Below are positions 1-8,490 of a stretch of 27,610 nt of DNA, piece after piece (position 1 is the stretch's first letter; the number at the start of each line of letters is the position of its first letter). Origin of the DNA: an uncultured Nitrososphaerota archaeon (GTDB taxonomy: Archaea; Asgardarchaeota; Njordarchaeia; Njordarchaeales; Panguiarchaeaceae); the NCBI GenBank assembly GCA_964636085.1, contig CAZWPQ010000011.1:23948-51557 (forward strand), given 5' to 3'. The position numbers and the translations under genes are program-made. The notes under the pieces were generated by a model. That model was not told where the DNA came from and did no database searches. It was given only the letters and a program-made list of their open reading frames with translations.

Positions 1-200
1 CCCCTAGGTATTGTGGGGGCAAGAACTTCGCCGTCGCTTATACGTATATGAACAAATACGGCTCCGTATCGTTGGGCTAGACCATGTATTTCGCTCATTA
101 TTGGGTATTTATTCCCCAAGATGGCTGCTCTACTGAATAACCTGCCCAGTGTTAGTATTCCTAAACCACCAACACCGCTTATTGCTATATTGAAGCGCAT
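1..200 (-). CDS. iorB: Indolepyruvate:ferredoxin oxidoreductase beta subunit (2-oxoacid oxidoreductase gamma-type domain), 5' part only; runs off the left edge
   Basis: Hand translation from ATG at 200: MRFNIAISGVGGLGILTLGRLFSRAAILGNKYPIMSEIHGLAQRYGAVFVHIRISDGEVLAPTIPR. This matches the IorB pattern GVGGQG...SEvHGmAQRGGsV.vHvRi...sP.Ip. A GGGTGAT RBS-like motif lies upstream. Not in the ORF track. Confidence 0.85.
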   Translation of the reverse strand, partial: MRFNIAISGVGGLGILTLGRLFSRAAILGNKYPIMSEIHGLAQRYGAVFVHIRISDGEVLAPTIPR

Positions 201-393
201 CTTGGATAATCACCCTAAACCATAGAGATAAAATACTATTTATATCGCATAGCATGCCGATGTAGTAATTACTCAGCCAACAATCGTCTAAAATTGCCAG
301 AGTGGTTTTTACCACTATTTTCTGGGAAATTTGCAAGCTTAAGAGCATGTCGCAACTATTTCTTGGAGATCTGCATGGATCAAGGTGAACTAT

Positions 394-3300
394 ATGCATA
401 TATCATTTAAGCGGAGATCGGCAAGATACGAAGCTCTAATATTACTCGCAATACTTACACTACATATCTTATACATAAATGGCTATCTAGTGATGGATTT
501 ATCGAATGGTAGGGTGGTTGAGAACTACCGTATAGCCAAAAATGTGGGTAATAAAGAAAATCTTTCTGTGTATCCCAAAAAGGAATCCATAGGAAATAAT
601 GGTACAAATTTAGAAGACGACACTCCATTAAATAGTACAGGAATAATATATGTGGCATATACTCAGGAGTTGATACCAGTAGACATAAAATATCTCGCAG
701 GTAACTATATATCTGGTTCATACACTTTCCTGCATAGAGGAGATGGAAAATATATTGTTTTGAGATCCGATGATGTGACTGGCAGTAATGATTTTCGTAT
801 AGATATCATAGCGACATTCAATATAACTAGTGTAGAGAATGATGAAATGGTCTTGTATCTAAAGATAAATGCGACATCTAATGTATCTAGTACAATATAC
901 ATATATAACCAATCAGCAGAAGAGTACCAAATATTGTATGAGATCAATTATACAAGCGACATTATCTTGAAGGCCAATGTGTCAGATAATAACCATGATG
1001 GAAACGTCACAGTACGGATACATCTACAGTCTGGGCAAAGCTTTACAGCTAAGATGTGGCATTTATCATTGTTTACGAATAAAGTTAGAAACTTCAAGTT
1101 GGAGTATACCTTTATAAGTCAGAAGATATTAGAGTATAGGATGAGAATTGCAGGCTTTTTAAGGTATACGAAGCTATACATGCTTAATTTGTCGGAATGG
1201 TTGGCAATCAAATATATAGATCCCCCCAGCTCAATAATTTTCAATTATACAGAGAGAAGCATATTGCTAGTGGCATGTGGTATAGTGGAGATCGTCTTTA
1301 GGGGATACGACTACTGGGAAAGGGAGGGGATTATGAATGTGAGTATGGAATTCTACTGTGGTAACCATTCGATAGACATAAATAAGATTAGGCCATACTA
1401 TAGACTGACATACCTAACATACAATATTTCAAATTATACTGGCTATGGTTTCTCCCGTGTTATTAGGGTGAAAAATCCAACGAATCTAGATCTATACTAT
1501 GTCCCCATAAAGATAGTGTTAAATGATTCATGGTTTAACATGTTGGCACTTAGGAGGGATGCAAGCAATATTGTATTTTACATCAAGGAAGATGAGACTC
1601 TTGAAAGACTTAAGTCAATACTTGCCTATTGGGATGGTGTCAATGCAATATACTATGTGAAGTTGGATTCTTTAAAGGCGGGAGAGGAGAAAGACATCGT
1701 CATATACTATGGAAACCTTAATGCTCCAACCCCCCTACAATACCCAGAGGCCATGAAGATGGGTAAGGTCGAAAATATGAGTATGTTGGCTAGAGGATCC
1801 ATGTGGGATATATCTGGTGGCTATATAGACGAAATCTACTATAATGATGAAGAAAATTCATCGGAGATGGAAGTAATCTCGGAAGGCTATACTTCAATAC
1901 GCTATGATTACGTATTAAGTGGAGTGTTTGAACTGAGCGTCTCGTTAGCCTCCCCTAAGGGTTATGTCGCCCCAAATTTTAGCTTTCGTGTGAAGTTCCT
2001 ATACGAATATAGCGATAGGTATTATTGCCTAGAATATACCAATAATACTGCAAGTGGTCATCCAGAGATAATACTGTACTGGGTTAATGGCACGCACACG
2101 GAAATTATAGATAGATGTGCCGCGTCTAACGTGGCTGAGGCATTTTATGTTCAAGTCAGTTTGAGAATAAATACTGTGATTGACTACATTGATATTTCTG
2201 CCACTGCTCCCTATAACCGCTTAGAGGTATATGGATATGAGGATGTTTTAGATATATCTCATGGGGCTTGGTACCTTGTTTTCGAGGTAGAGGGGGTTGA
2301 CTGGCTGGATCTAAAAATTTTAAAGTGGAGCCAAAGAGTGGGTTGTAGTAATTGGTTGTCATATTATTGGCCAGAGACATTAGAGGACTTTGTGTTAGAA
2401 GAAACATACGTAGAAACGGATTGGTCTTATCTAAATAAATCTACTCTAGCCGTGAAGAATAATGCTATTATGGCCCTAAAAGTGTATGATCCTATGGGAA
2501 ATATTTTGTTTGATTCAAATATCTCAGTGAATGTCACAGGAAGTAATGTTGTAAGAGTAAAACTCAATGGATCCATTCTCAGATTCGTAAATGAGGTTTC
2601 TAGGCCCCACCGTATAGATTTATGGGCCGACTTAAACTATTGTGTTGTCCATTTAGGTTCCTTCGAAAGCGACTATATAGTGATTAAGAGGGGACTCTAT
2701 ATTCTTTATGATACGGATGAGATATCTGGTATACAAAAAGGCTACGTAATTTTTGTAAGGGATTATGAAGTGATCATATCTGTCGATAACATGTGGGGTT
2801 TGCTCAAAACTTGGGAAAATACGGATTCCATATCGATAGCATACACACTTCTTGACTTTCTAAATGGAGAAACAAGATGCCCTCTCTATGGCATTCTAAT
2901 AAACTATAGTGTTGCCGCAAGCTATGTAAACGATATAATTGATTTCTTAAATGCCACGGTATTCAACCAATGGTTATCCATGAAAGCTTTGTCGGAAAGT
3001 GAGTTGGAAAATCTTACGCTAATCTTAAGTGCTCTTAACATAAGTCTTGAGGACGTGGATGTGCTAACTCTGAGTAGCGATGGAACAAGTTGTGTTGTTG
3101 AGGCAAGAGACGACAACAACCAGACACACATTTATCAATATGACAGATCATTGATGGAGATGATAGACATATTGATCTCCAAGAATATTGTCAGCATGGC
3201 CTTATCCGCCAACATAGCCAAATTCATTGCCTTATTCGCACCAATAACAATGGTTAGATTTGATGGTCAGAATTATAGTGTTCTAATTCGCATGCAATGT

Positions 3301-4473
3301 GGTTCTTCAGAAATAATGTTGAATATGGATTTTGATGACGACACAATACACATAGAGTACACATCATTAAACACGACTAATAGTTATCTTAGAGAATTAG
3401 TCTCCTTACTTTTGGTCAGTTCTGTAATTGCGAATAGGAGTTCCGTCATTTTTGGTTTTAGGGGGGCGGAAAGCAAAGGTATAGAATTTGACATGAAGTA
3501 TAAACACATAAAAGTCTCTTTTGTACGATCACAACGCAATCTTTATATGGATATGAATCTCATAGATAGGAGAGTATTGATATCTTTTTGTGACTCTTGG
3601 AATGCAGAGATTGATTTTAGTGATCTAATTGTTTTAAGCCAAGGCGATATAATAAATATCTCTAACTCTCGCCTTGATTGTTTAGTGGATCCACATTTTG
3701 GTGGAGTCAAATACAGGTTATGCTCTAACAATTCACTGAGCAACTTCATAGAGTGGATTCTGGACAACATAGCGTATAGAAGATTGCGACTATATGATTA
3801 TTATACCAATAACCCCATGGAGTTGACAGACGGTATACTGACTATCATGGTTAATGATACGGTTATACATGATTATGAATTTGTAACATTGAAGGGGCCT
3901 ATAAGGTTGGTTATACTGGATAGATGGAATATAACACTAGCTAACACTACTACCAGTGACATAAACATAGATGTAATTGTAAAACTTGGCTCTATAATTA
4001 TTATGAATTGCCTAAATGTGTGCACATTCGTTTCCTTGAAACCTGAGGAATCAAACATTCCAATGAATTATACGTTGGGGCCTAATCAAAGTATGGCTGA
4101 CCTTCTAGCAGTAGGCAAATCGTATAACCTCCTTATAGAGGATTATTATGGAAACATATTTTTTAACGATACTATTTTCCTACAGGCCAATACATCATAT
4201 AGGCCACTGATCGTAGTAATAATTAGCACCATAACGATTATTCAGGGAAGCGAAATTAATCAGAGTTCAGAATCAAATGAATCTAATGGCGTCGAGATAT
4301 CAGTATCACCGAATATTCCAAGATCACGTGGCATTGACTATCGTATCGTCATTATAATCCTCCTAGCGGTACTTATCACTGTAGCGATCAAAATTATGCT
4401 AAGGAAAATAAGGAAGAGAAAAGTTGTGGAGATAGAGAAACTAATAGAAAAAATAATTTCGGACGAAGAATAG
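394..4473 (+). CDS. Large membrane-anchored cell-surface glycoprotein with a DUF2341 domain
   Basis: N-terminal hydrophobic segment (YEALILLAILTLHILYI), C-terminal TM helix followed by a basic tail (IVIIILLAVLITVAIKIMLRKIRKRK), about 45 N-X-S/T sequons by manual count, and a DUF2341-like segment (RVIRVKNPTNLDL..VPIKIVLN...DASNIVF...YVKLDSL......IVIYYGN, ~1450-1716). Start placed at ATG 394 because GTG 385 lies inside the AAGGTGA RBS. Confidence 0.8.
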   Translation: MHISFKRRSARYEALILLAILTLHILYINGYLVMDLSNGRVVENYRIAKNVGNKENLSVYPKKESIGNNGTNLEDDTPLNSTGIIYVAYTQELIPVDIKYLAGNYISGSYTFLHRGDGKYIVLRSDDVTGSNDFRIDIIATFNITSVENDEMVLYLKINATSNVSSTIYIYNQSAEEYQILYEINYTSDIILKANVSDNNHDGNVTVRIHLQSGQSFTAKMWHLSLFTNKVRNFKLEYTFISQKILEYRMRIAGFLRYTKLYMLNLSEWLAIKYIDPPSSIIFNYTERSILLVACGIVEIVFRGYDYWEREGIMNVSMEFYCGNHSIDINKIRPYYRLTYLTYNISNYTGYGFSRVIRVKNPTNLDLYYVPIKIVLNDSWFNMLALRRDASNIVFYIKEDETLERLKSILAYWDGVNAIYYVKLDSLKAGEEKDIVIYYGNLNAPTPLQYPEAMKMGKVENMSMLARGSMWDISGGYIDEIYYNDEENSSEMEVISEGYTSIRYDYVLSGVFELSVSLASPKGYVAPNFSFRVKFLYEYSDRYYCLEYTNNTASGHPEIILYWVNGTHTEIIDRCAASNVAEAFYVQVSLRINTVIDYIDISATAPYNRLEVYGYEDVLDISHGAWYLVFEVEGVDWLDLKILKWSQRVGCSNWLSYYWPETLEDFVLEETYVETDWSYLNKSTLAVKNNAIMALKVYDPMGNILFDSNISVNVTGSNVVRVKLNGSILRFVNEVSRPHRIDLWADLNYCVVHLGSFESDYIVIKRGLYILYDTDEISGIQKGYVIFVRDYEVIISVDNMWGLLKTWENTDSISIAYTLLDFLNGETRCPLYGILINYSVAASYVNDIIDFLNATVFNQWLSMKALSESELENLTLILSALNISLEDVDVLTLSSDGTSCVVEARDDNNQTHIYQYDRSLMEMIDILISKNIVSMALSANIAKFIALFAPITMVRFDGQNYSVLIRMQCGSSEIMLNMDFDDDTIHIEYTSLNTTNSYLRELVSLLLVSSVIANRSSVIFGFRGAESKGIEFDMKYKHIKVSFVRSQRNLYMDMNLIDRRVLISFCDSWNAEIDFSDLIVLSQGDIINISNSRLDCLVDPHFGGVKYRLCSNNSLSNFIEWILDNIAYRRLRLYDYYTNNPMELTDGILTIMVNDTVIHDYEFVTLKGPIRLVILDRWNITLANTTTSDINIDVIVKLGSIIIMNCLNVCTFVSLKPEESNIPMNYTLGPNQSMADLLAVGKSYNLLIEDYYGNIFFNDTIFLQANTSYRPLIVVIISTITIIQGSEINQSSESNESNGVEISVSPNIPRSRGIDYRIVIIILLAVLITVAIKIMLRKIRKRKVVEIEKLIEKIISDEE

Positions 4474-4475
4474 AT

Positions 4476-5756
4476 CTAGAGCTTATATATTTCCAATGTT
4501 CCTTCGCCACCACATAGAATTTCTTTTTGTCCATCATTATCCACATCTATACACAATAAAACCCTCGGGATAGCCGAGGTTGTTGTAGAAGCGATTCTGG
4601 AGCCGTTGGTTTTGTAAATGGAAAAACTCCTAGAATTCCAACCTACCAGCACCTCGACTTCATCATCAGCATCTATATCTTGGAGGTTAAAGGCAGTAAT
4701 ATAGCTTCTTCCCTCGACAGAAAGAATTTCTTTTTGATTTTTCTTGATAACGAGTTTTTTAGAGCGGACCTGTATTCTTTCAACGATGCCGTCATTGTCT
4801 ATATCCATATCTAGTGTCCTTTCCAACGCAGGGATGATTTGCACAGATCTCTTCTTGATTATGAGTGAATTCCCAATCCAGTCTCCGATGACTACTAGAT
4901 TACCATCCGTGGTGGATGCCGTCGCTATGAATGCTATCTTATCCTGTAGCTCATAGGACTGCAAGACAGTTCCTTCAGAACCAACAATAATAAGTTTGCC
5001 GTCAGAAAATCCTATTATTATTTCCTCTCGCCCATCTTCATTGATGTCTTGCGTGTCTATAATCACAGGCTCACCGGTCTTCGGTAGGCCTATAGTGTTT
5101 AAGACATTTAAAGGTTTTTTTCGTTTGAATATTCCTTTCGAATCCCTCGGTATGTCTAGGAAATATAATACTCCGTCTCTCACGATAACAAAAAGGCGAT
5201 AGCATCCATTATGTTGTATACTTCCAATAAATGCGGGCGAACCAAAAATGCCTTCTAATGGATACGTTGTGACTTTCCCCTTATGGTTTATTATGTAAAG
5301 ATTTCCTATCCGAGAAATCGCAATGATCTCCTTGAATCCATCATTGTCTATGTCGAATAAGCAGAAATCTTGGACATATGGATCCTTAAATATAGACCAA
5401 AGCTCTTTTTCTCTAAAATTATAGCAAGCCATAATACCATCTGCCCTTAGTATTATGAATTCGGGGGAACCATCATTGTTTATGTCTTCGAGTTCAAATT
5501 TGATGATGATCTCACCAGATATGCTAGGGCGTTCAATCAAAGTTTCGCTGGTTGAAACCGAACGAAGCAGTGTTCTATTGTACTCCTCAACACTTCTCTC
5601 CACTTTTGGCTTCACGACGATTTTTTTAATCAATTTTCCCGTTAGCGGATTCGAGACGAGTATTGTTGACAAACGCACATTGACAAGCTCTGTAGCGTTG
5701 TCATTATTCACATCGGCCATTTTTGCCCTATTGGAAATTATATTTACTAGCTTCAT
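4476..5756 (-). CDS. FG-GAP/VCBS-like repeat beta-propeller protein without a signal peptide
   Basis: Seven clear D-x-[ND]-x-D-x-x-x-E blade motifs (DVNNDNATE, DINNDGSPE, DIDNDGFKE, DINEDGREE, DIDNDGIVE, DIDADDEVE, DVDNDGQKE) plus degenerate ones. Likely start ATG 5756 (MKLVNII) with GGAGA upstream; the ORF track extends to 5822. Confidence 0.8.
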   Translation of the reverse strand: MKLVNIISNRAKMADVNNDNATELVNVRLSTILVSNPLTGKLIKKIVVKPKVERSVEEYNRTLLRSVSTSETLIERPSISGEIIIKFELEDINNDGSPEFIILRADGIMACYNFREKELWSIFKDPYVQDFCLFDIDNDGFKEIIAISRIGNLYIINHKGKVTTYPLEGIFGSPAFIGSIQHNGCYRLFVIVRDGVLYFLDIPRDSKGIFKRKKPLNVLNTIGLPKTGEPVIIDTQDINEDGREEIIIGFSDGKLIIVGSEGTVLQSYELQDKIAFIATASTTDGNLVVIGDWIGNSLIIKKRSVQIIPALERTLDMDIDNDGIVERIQVRSKKLVIKKNQKEILSVEGRSYITAFNLQDIDADDEVEVLVGWNSRSFSIYKTNGSRIASTTTSAIPRVLLCIDVDNDGQKEILCGGEGTLEIYKL

Positions 5757-5830
5757 CGCAATCTCCAGACGACTAATAAAGAAATAGAGAATTAAAGGAA
5801 AAATATAATGCGATATGGTCAAATCAGAGA

Positions 5831-6991
5831 TTAACTAATCTTGTCGATATACTTCATGGCGATTTGAAGGATTTCTTTCCGGATAATTTCGCTCGGGATT
5901 TCATCAATTTTTCCCTCCCTTAATTTCCTTCTTATGAAAGTCATGGAGATCTGTATGCGATTCTCTTCTGAATGCCCACATGTACTATCAGTGGCAATCA
6001 TTCCACATTTTTTACAGTAGAAAGGCCCATGAAGCAACAGTGGTTGAATACCGAGTTCATCAATATCGAATTGCCTCAAGAAATCGTGAGTGGCGTACTC
6101 TGGATAATAGCCAGCGGGGGATGCATGTAAGCGACCAATTATGTGGTGAGTTGCCCCATAATTTTTGCGAACAAGGCAATGATGAAGGGCCTCACGGGGC
6201 CCCGCGAACCGCATCCATGTCCAGAGAAAAGAAAGCAAAACCTTTTCTCTTGGATACAAGTTATTGGTTATCCAATTATAAGCCTCTATGATGGCTTGAG
6301 GAGGGAAATCGCCTGGCTTACGCTCACCAATGATTGGATGGATAAATAATCCATCACAGATCTCTAGACCGATTCGTTGCAAGTATTCATGGGCCATATG
6401 GGGTATATTTCTTGTCTGAAATGCTACAATGATCTTCCACCCCCTTCTTCTAAACTCTTCTCGTGTCTCCTTTGGTTCTAGCTGGATGGCTTCCTTCGCT
6501 CTGCTAGGTACATTAATTAGGGTGATTTTTCCGCCGATTAGGTAATTGGGCTCCTCTAAGACCTTTTGCACGCCAGGATGTGATGTGTCTTCAACATTGA
6601 AAAATTTTCTTATTTCTAGCCCTTTATCACGTTCATATATCTCCTCCACGCTTACCATGGCTATAGGTTTGGTGTCCTCAGTAATACAGATAGCGTCTCC
6701 CTCCTCTATTTGTTTGCAAAATTTTTCAGGGACTGGAAGCACAACTGGAAAGCTCCAGATGATTCCTGACGCTAACCTAGCGTTCTCTATTACAGAGATG
6801 TAATCATCTCGTGTCAGGAATCCTTCTAAAGGCGAGAATCCCCCGATTGCTATTTGCCAACAGTCACTTAATATGCGTTCATTGCCTGGTAGGCTTGGCA
6901 TCTCTTTTGCTTCTTTTTCTAACCTAGGTTTTTTCCTAGTATCTACTCGCCTATCTATTAGCTTGCCTCCATGCGGTTCTCCAAGTCGCAT
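5831..6991 (-). CDS. sat: Sulfate adenylyltransferase (ATP sulfurylase, Sat type)
   Basis: PHGGKL N-terminus, GGFSPLEGF, VAFQTRNIPHMAHEY (HXXH), AGPREA.HH...RKNYGATH, and a CKKC...C.H zinc site. GRD is replaced by GRL. Confidence 0.93.
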   Translation of the reverse strand: MRLGEPHGGKLIDRRVDTRKKPRLEKEAKEMPSLPGNERILSDCWQIAIGGFSPLEGFLTRDDYISVIENARLASGIIWSFPVVLPVPEKFCKQIEEGDAICITEDTKPIAMVSVEEIYERDKGLEIRKFFNVEDTSHPGVQKVLEEPNYLIGGKITLINVPSRAKEAIQLEPKETREEFRRRGWKIIVAFQTRNIPHMAHEYLQRIGLEICDGLFIHPIIGERKPGDFPPQAIIEAYNWITNNLYPREKVLLSFLWTWMRFAGPREALHHCLVRKNYGATHHIIGRLHASPAGYYPEYATHDFLRQFDIDELGIQPLLLHGPFYCKKCGMIATDSTCGHSEENRIQISMTFIRRKLREGKIDEIPSEIIRKEILQIAMKYIDKIS

Positions 6992-7000
6992 ATCGTTTAT

Positions 7001-8395
7001 TCACCCAACAAGCGATACTCCATCAAGTTTTCGATCGATTTTTACGTCCATAAGATCTAATATGGTAGGTGCAAGATCCTCTAGTTTTATCTCACTAAGG
7101 TTTTTGCGAGGAATATTGGGTCCACTCATAATGAATATACCAAACTCCCCGTGATTAGAATCATCAGCCCCCTTTGCTGTTTCTAGACTATAGAGACTAT
7201 TGAATCCAATCATTTCATTAGAACCGTAGTGAAGGTTGTCGAAATATACTGTTAGGTCAGGCATACGCTTTAAGAGAGGGCCTCTATACGCATCCTCCCT
7301 GAATATGATCTTATTATCGAGACGCTCACCATTCTCTCCCCTTACTTCTTTAAACACATCGGCGATTTGATTCCTAATAGCCAAGTACTCCTCTTCTGAA
7401 ATTTTCCCAGATGGTTTTTCGGTCGTATTTATAAATACTTGGGCAACGTAGGCTCCAATAGCAAATGCATCGGTATTTTTCATATCAATATAACCGTTCT
7501 CGTATGCCTCCTTGATAGAGATGGGCTTACTGGGATATTTGTTTAGCTTCAAATAGCCCTCTTGGATAAGTATTTCATTCGCGTTGATCCTTGCATACAT
7601 TCTTTTTGCTCCATGGTCAGAAAGAATAACATAATTTGTATCCTCTGGAAGTATCTCGAGAAGCGAACCTAGGTAATTATCAATTCTCTTATATATGTCG
7701 AGAAGACCAAGCTCTAGGTCGGGATCTTCAACATACCTAGGGTGGCCCTTGTCAAAGAATTTCCACAGTGTATGTTGCGCCCTGTCTATAGACATGATCA
7801 CGCTCATAAAGAAGTCCCACTCATAATTATCCACTAGATATCGAATTATTTTGAAATCATGATCAACCTTCTCCAACAACCTCCTATATAATCGCCTAGG
7901 ATCCATGCGCCGATACTCGTATACATCGATAATATAGCGATCCTCCCCCCCAATTACGTTAAATAGTTCTTGCTTGATGCCGGCTGGATACGTAAAATTA
8001 GATTTTGTGTCGGGTGTAAGGAAACCAGCAATTTGTATTCCATTAATAGGATGCGGGGGGTATGTAGTGGGAATCATGACGGTTATTGATTTAAACCCCC
8101 TGTCACCCAAGTAGTCCCAGACTTTTTTTTGTTTTATTAATTTTGAGCTTACCAGTCCAAAATCGAAGTAGTGTCTTTTTATATATCTAAGATCATATAG
8201 TCCAAAATGGCCCGGATTAAGCCCCGTCAACGATGTCATCCAAGCGGGGCATGTTATTGGAGGGACTGTACTTGCAATATTACCATATGAACCGCTTTGG
8301 ACGAGTTGCTTAATATTTGGTAGATCGTTTAACCACTGATCAAATACCTGTTGAGGAGCAGCAGAATCTATGCCTAACACAAATACTTTCATCAT
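7001..8395 (-). CDS. Alkaline phosphatase superfamily / type I nucleotide pyrophosphatase-phosphodiesterase family protein
   Basis: VLGIDSA (metal Asp), STVPPITCPAW..SLTGLNPG.FG (nucleophile region), IDRAQH, VILSDHG, and SNHGEFGIFI...DLAPTILDL. Start among the ATGs at 8404, 8395 and 8392. Confidence 0.9.
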   Translation of the reverse strand: MMKVFVLGIDSAAPQQVFDQWLNDLPNIKQLVQSGSYGNIASTVPPITCPAWMTSLTGLNPGHFGLYDLRYIKRHYFDFGLVSSKLIKQKKVWDYLGDRGFKSITVMIPTTYPPHPINGIQIAGFLTPDTKSNFTYPAGIKQELFNVIGGEDRYIIDVYEYRRMDPRRLYRRLLEKVDHDFKIIRYLVDNYEWDFFMSVIMSIDRAQHTLWKFFDKGHPRYVEDPDLELGLLDIYKRIDNYLGSLLEILPEDTNYVILSDHGAKRMYARINANEILIQEGYLKLNKYPSKPISIKEAYENGYIDMKNTDAFAIGAYVAQVFINTTEKPSGKISEEEYLAIRNQIADVFKEVRGENGERLDNKIIFREDAYRGPLLKRMPDLTVYFDNLHYGSNEMIGFNSLYSLETAKGADDSNHGEFGIFIMSGPNIPRKNLSEIKLEDLAPTILDLMDVKIDRKLDGVSLVG

Positions 8396-8410
8396 GGTCA
8401 CCATGCTTTA

Positions 8411-8422
8411 GTTTTTTATAAA
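8411..8422. promoter_or_regulatory. Putative TATA box in the divergent AlkP-sat / longin-PGI intergenic region
   Basis: TTTTTTATAAA reads as a TATA box on either strand. It lies ~20-25 nt from ATGs 8395/8392, consistent with a leaderless transcript on the - strand. No clear BRE. Confidence 0.4.
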
Positions 8423-8490
8423 CAAAAAAACGATGAGTATATAGAGTGTTTTTGGCAAATCTTGAGTATTAATCCACATGGGCAAGGAGG

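Noticed and set aside
130-399. 89-aa ORF on the - strand
   Set aside because: It overlaps the recognisable iorB start in another frame and the divergent promoter, and has no protein-like features.
5831-6991. Evidence for dissimilatory sulfate reduction
   Set aside because: No aprAB, qmo or dsr genes are in the window; sat alone is not diagnostic.
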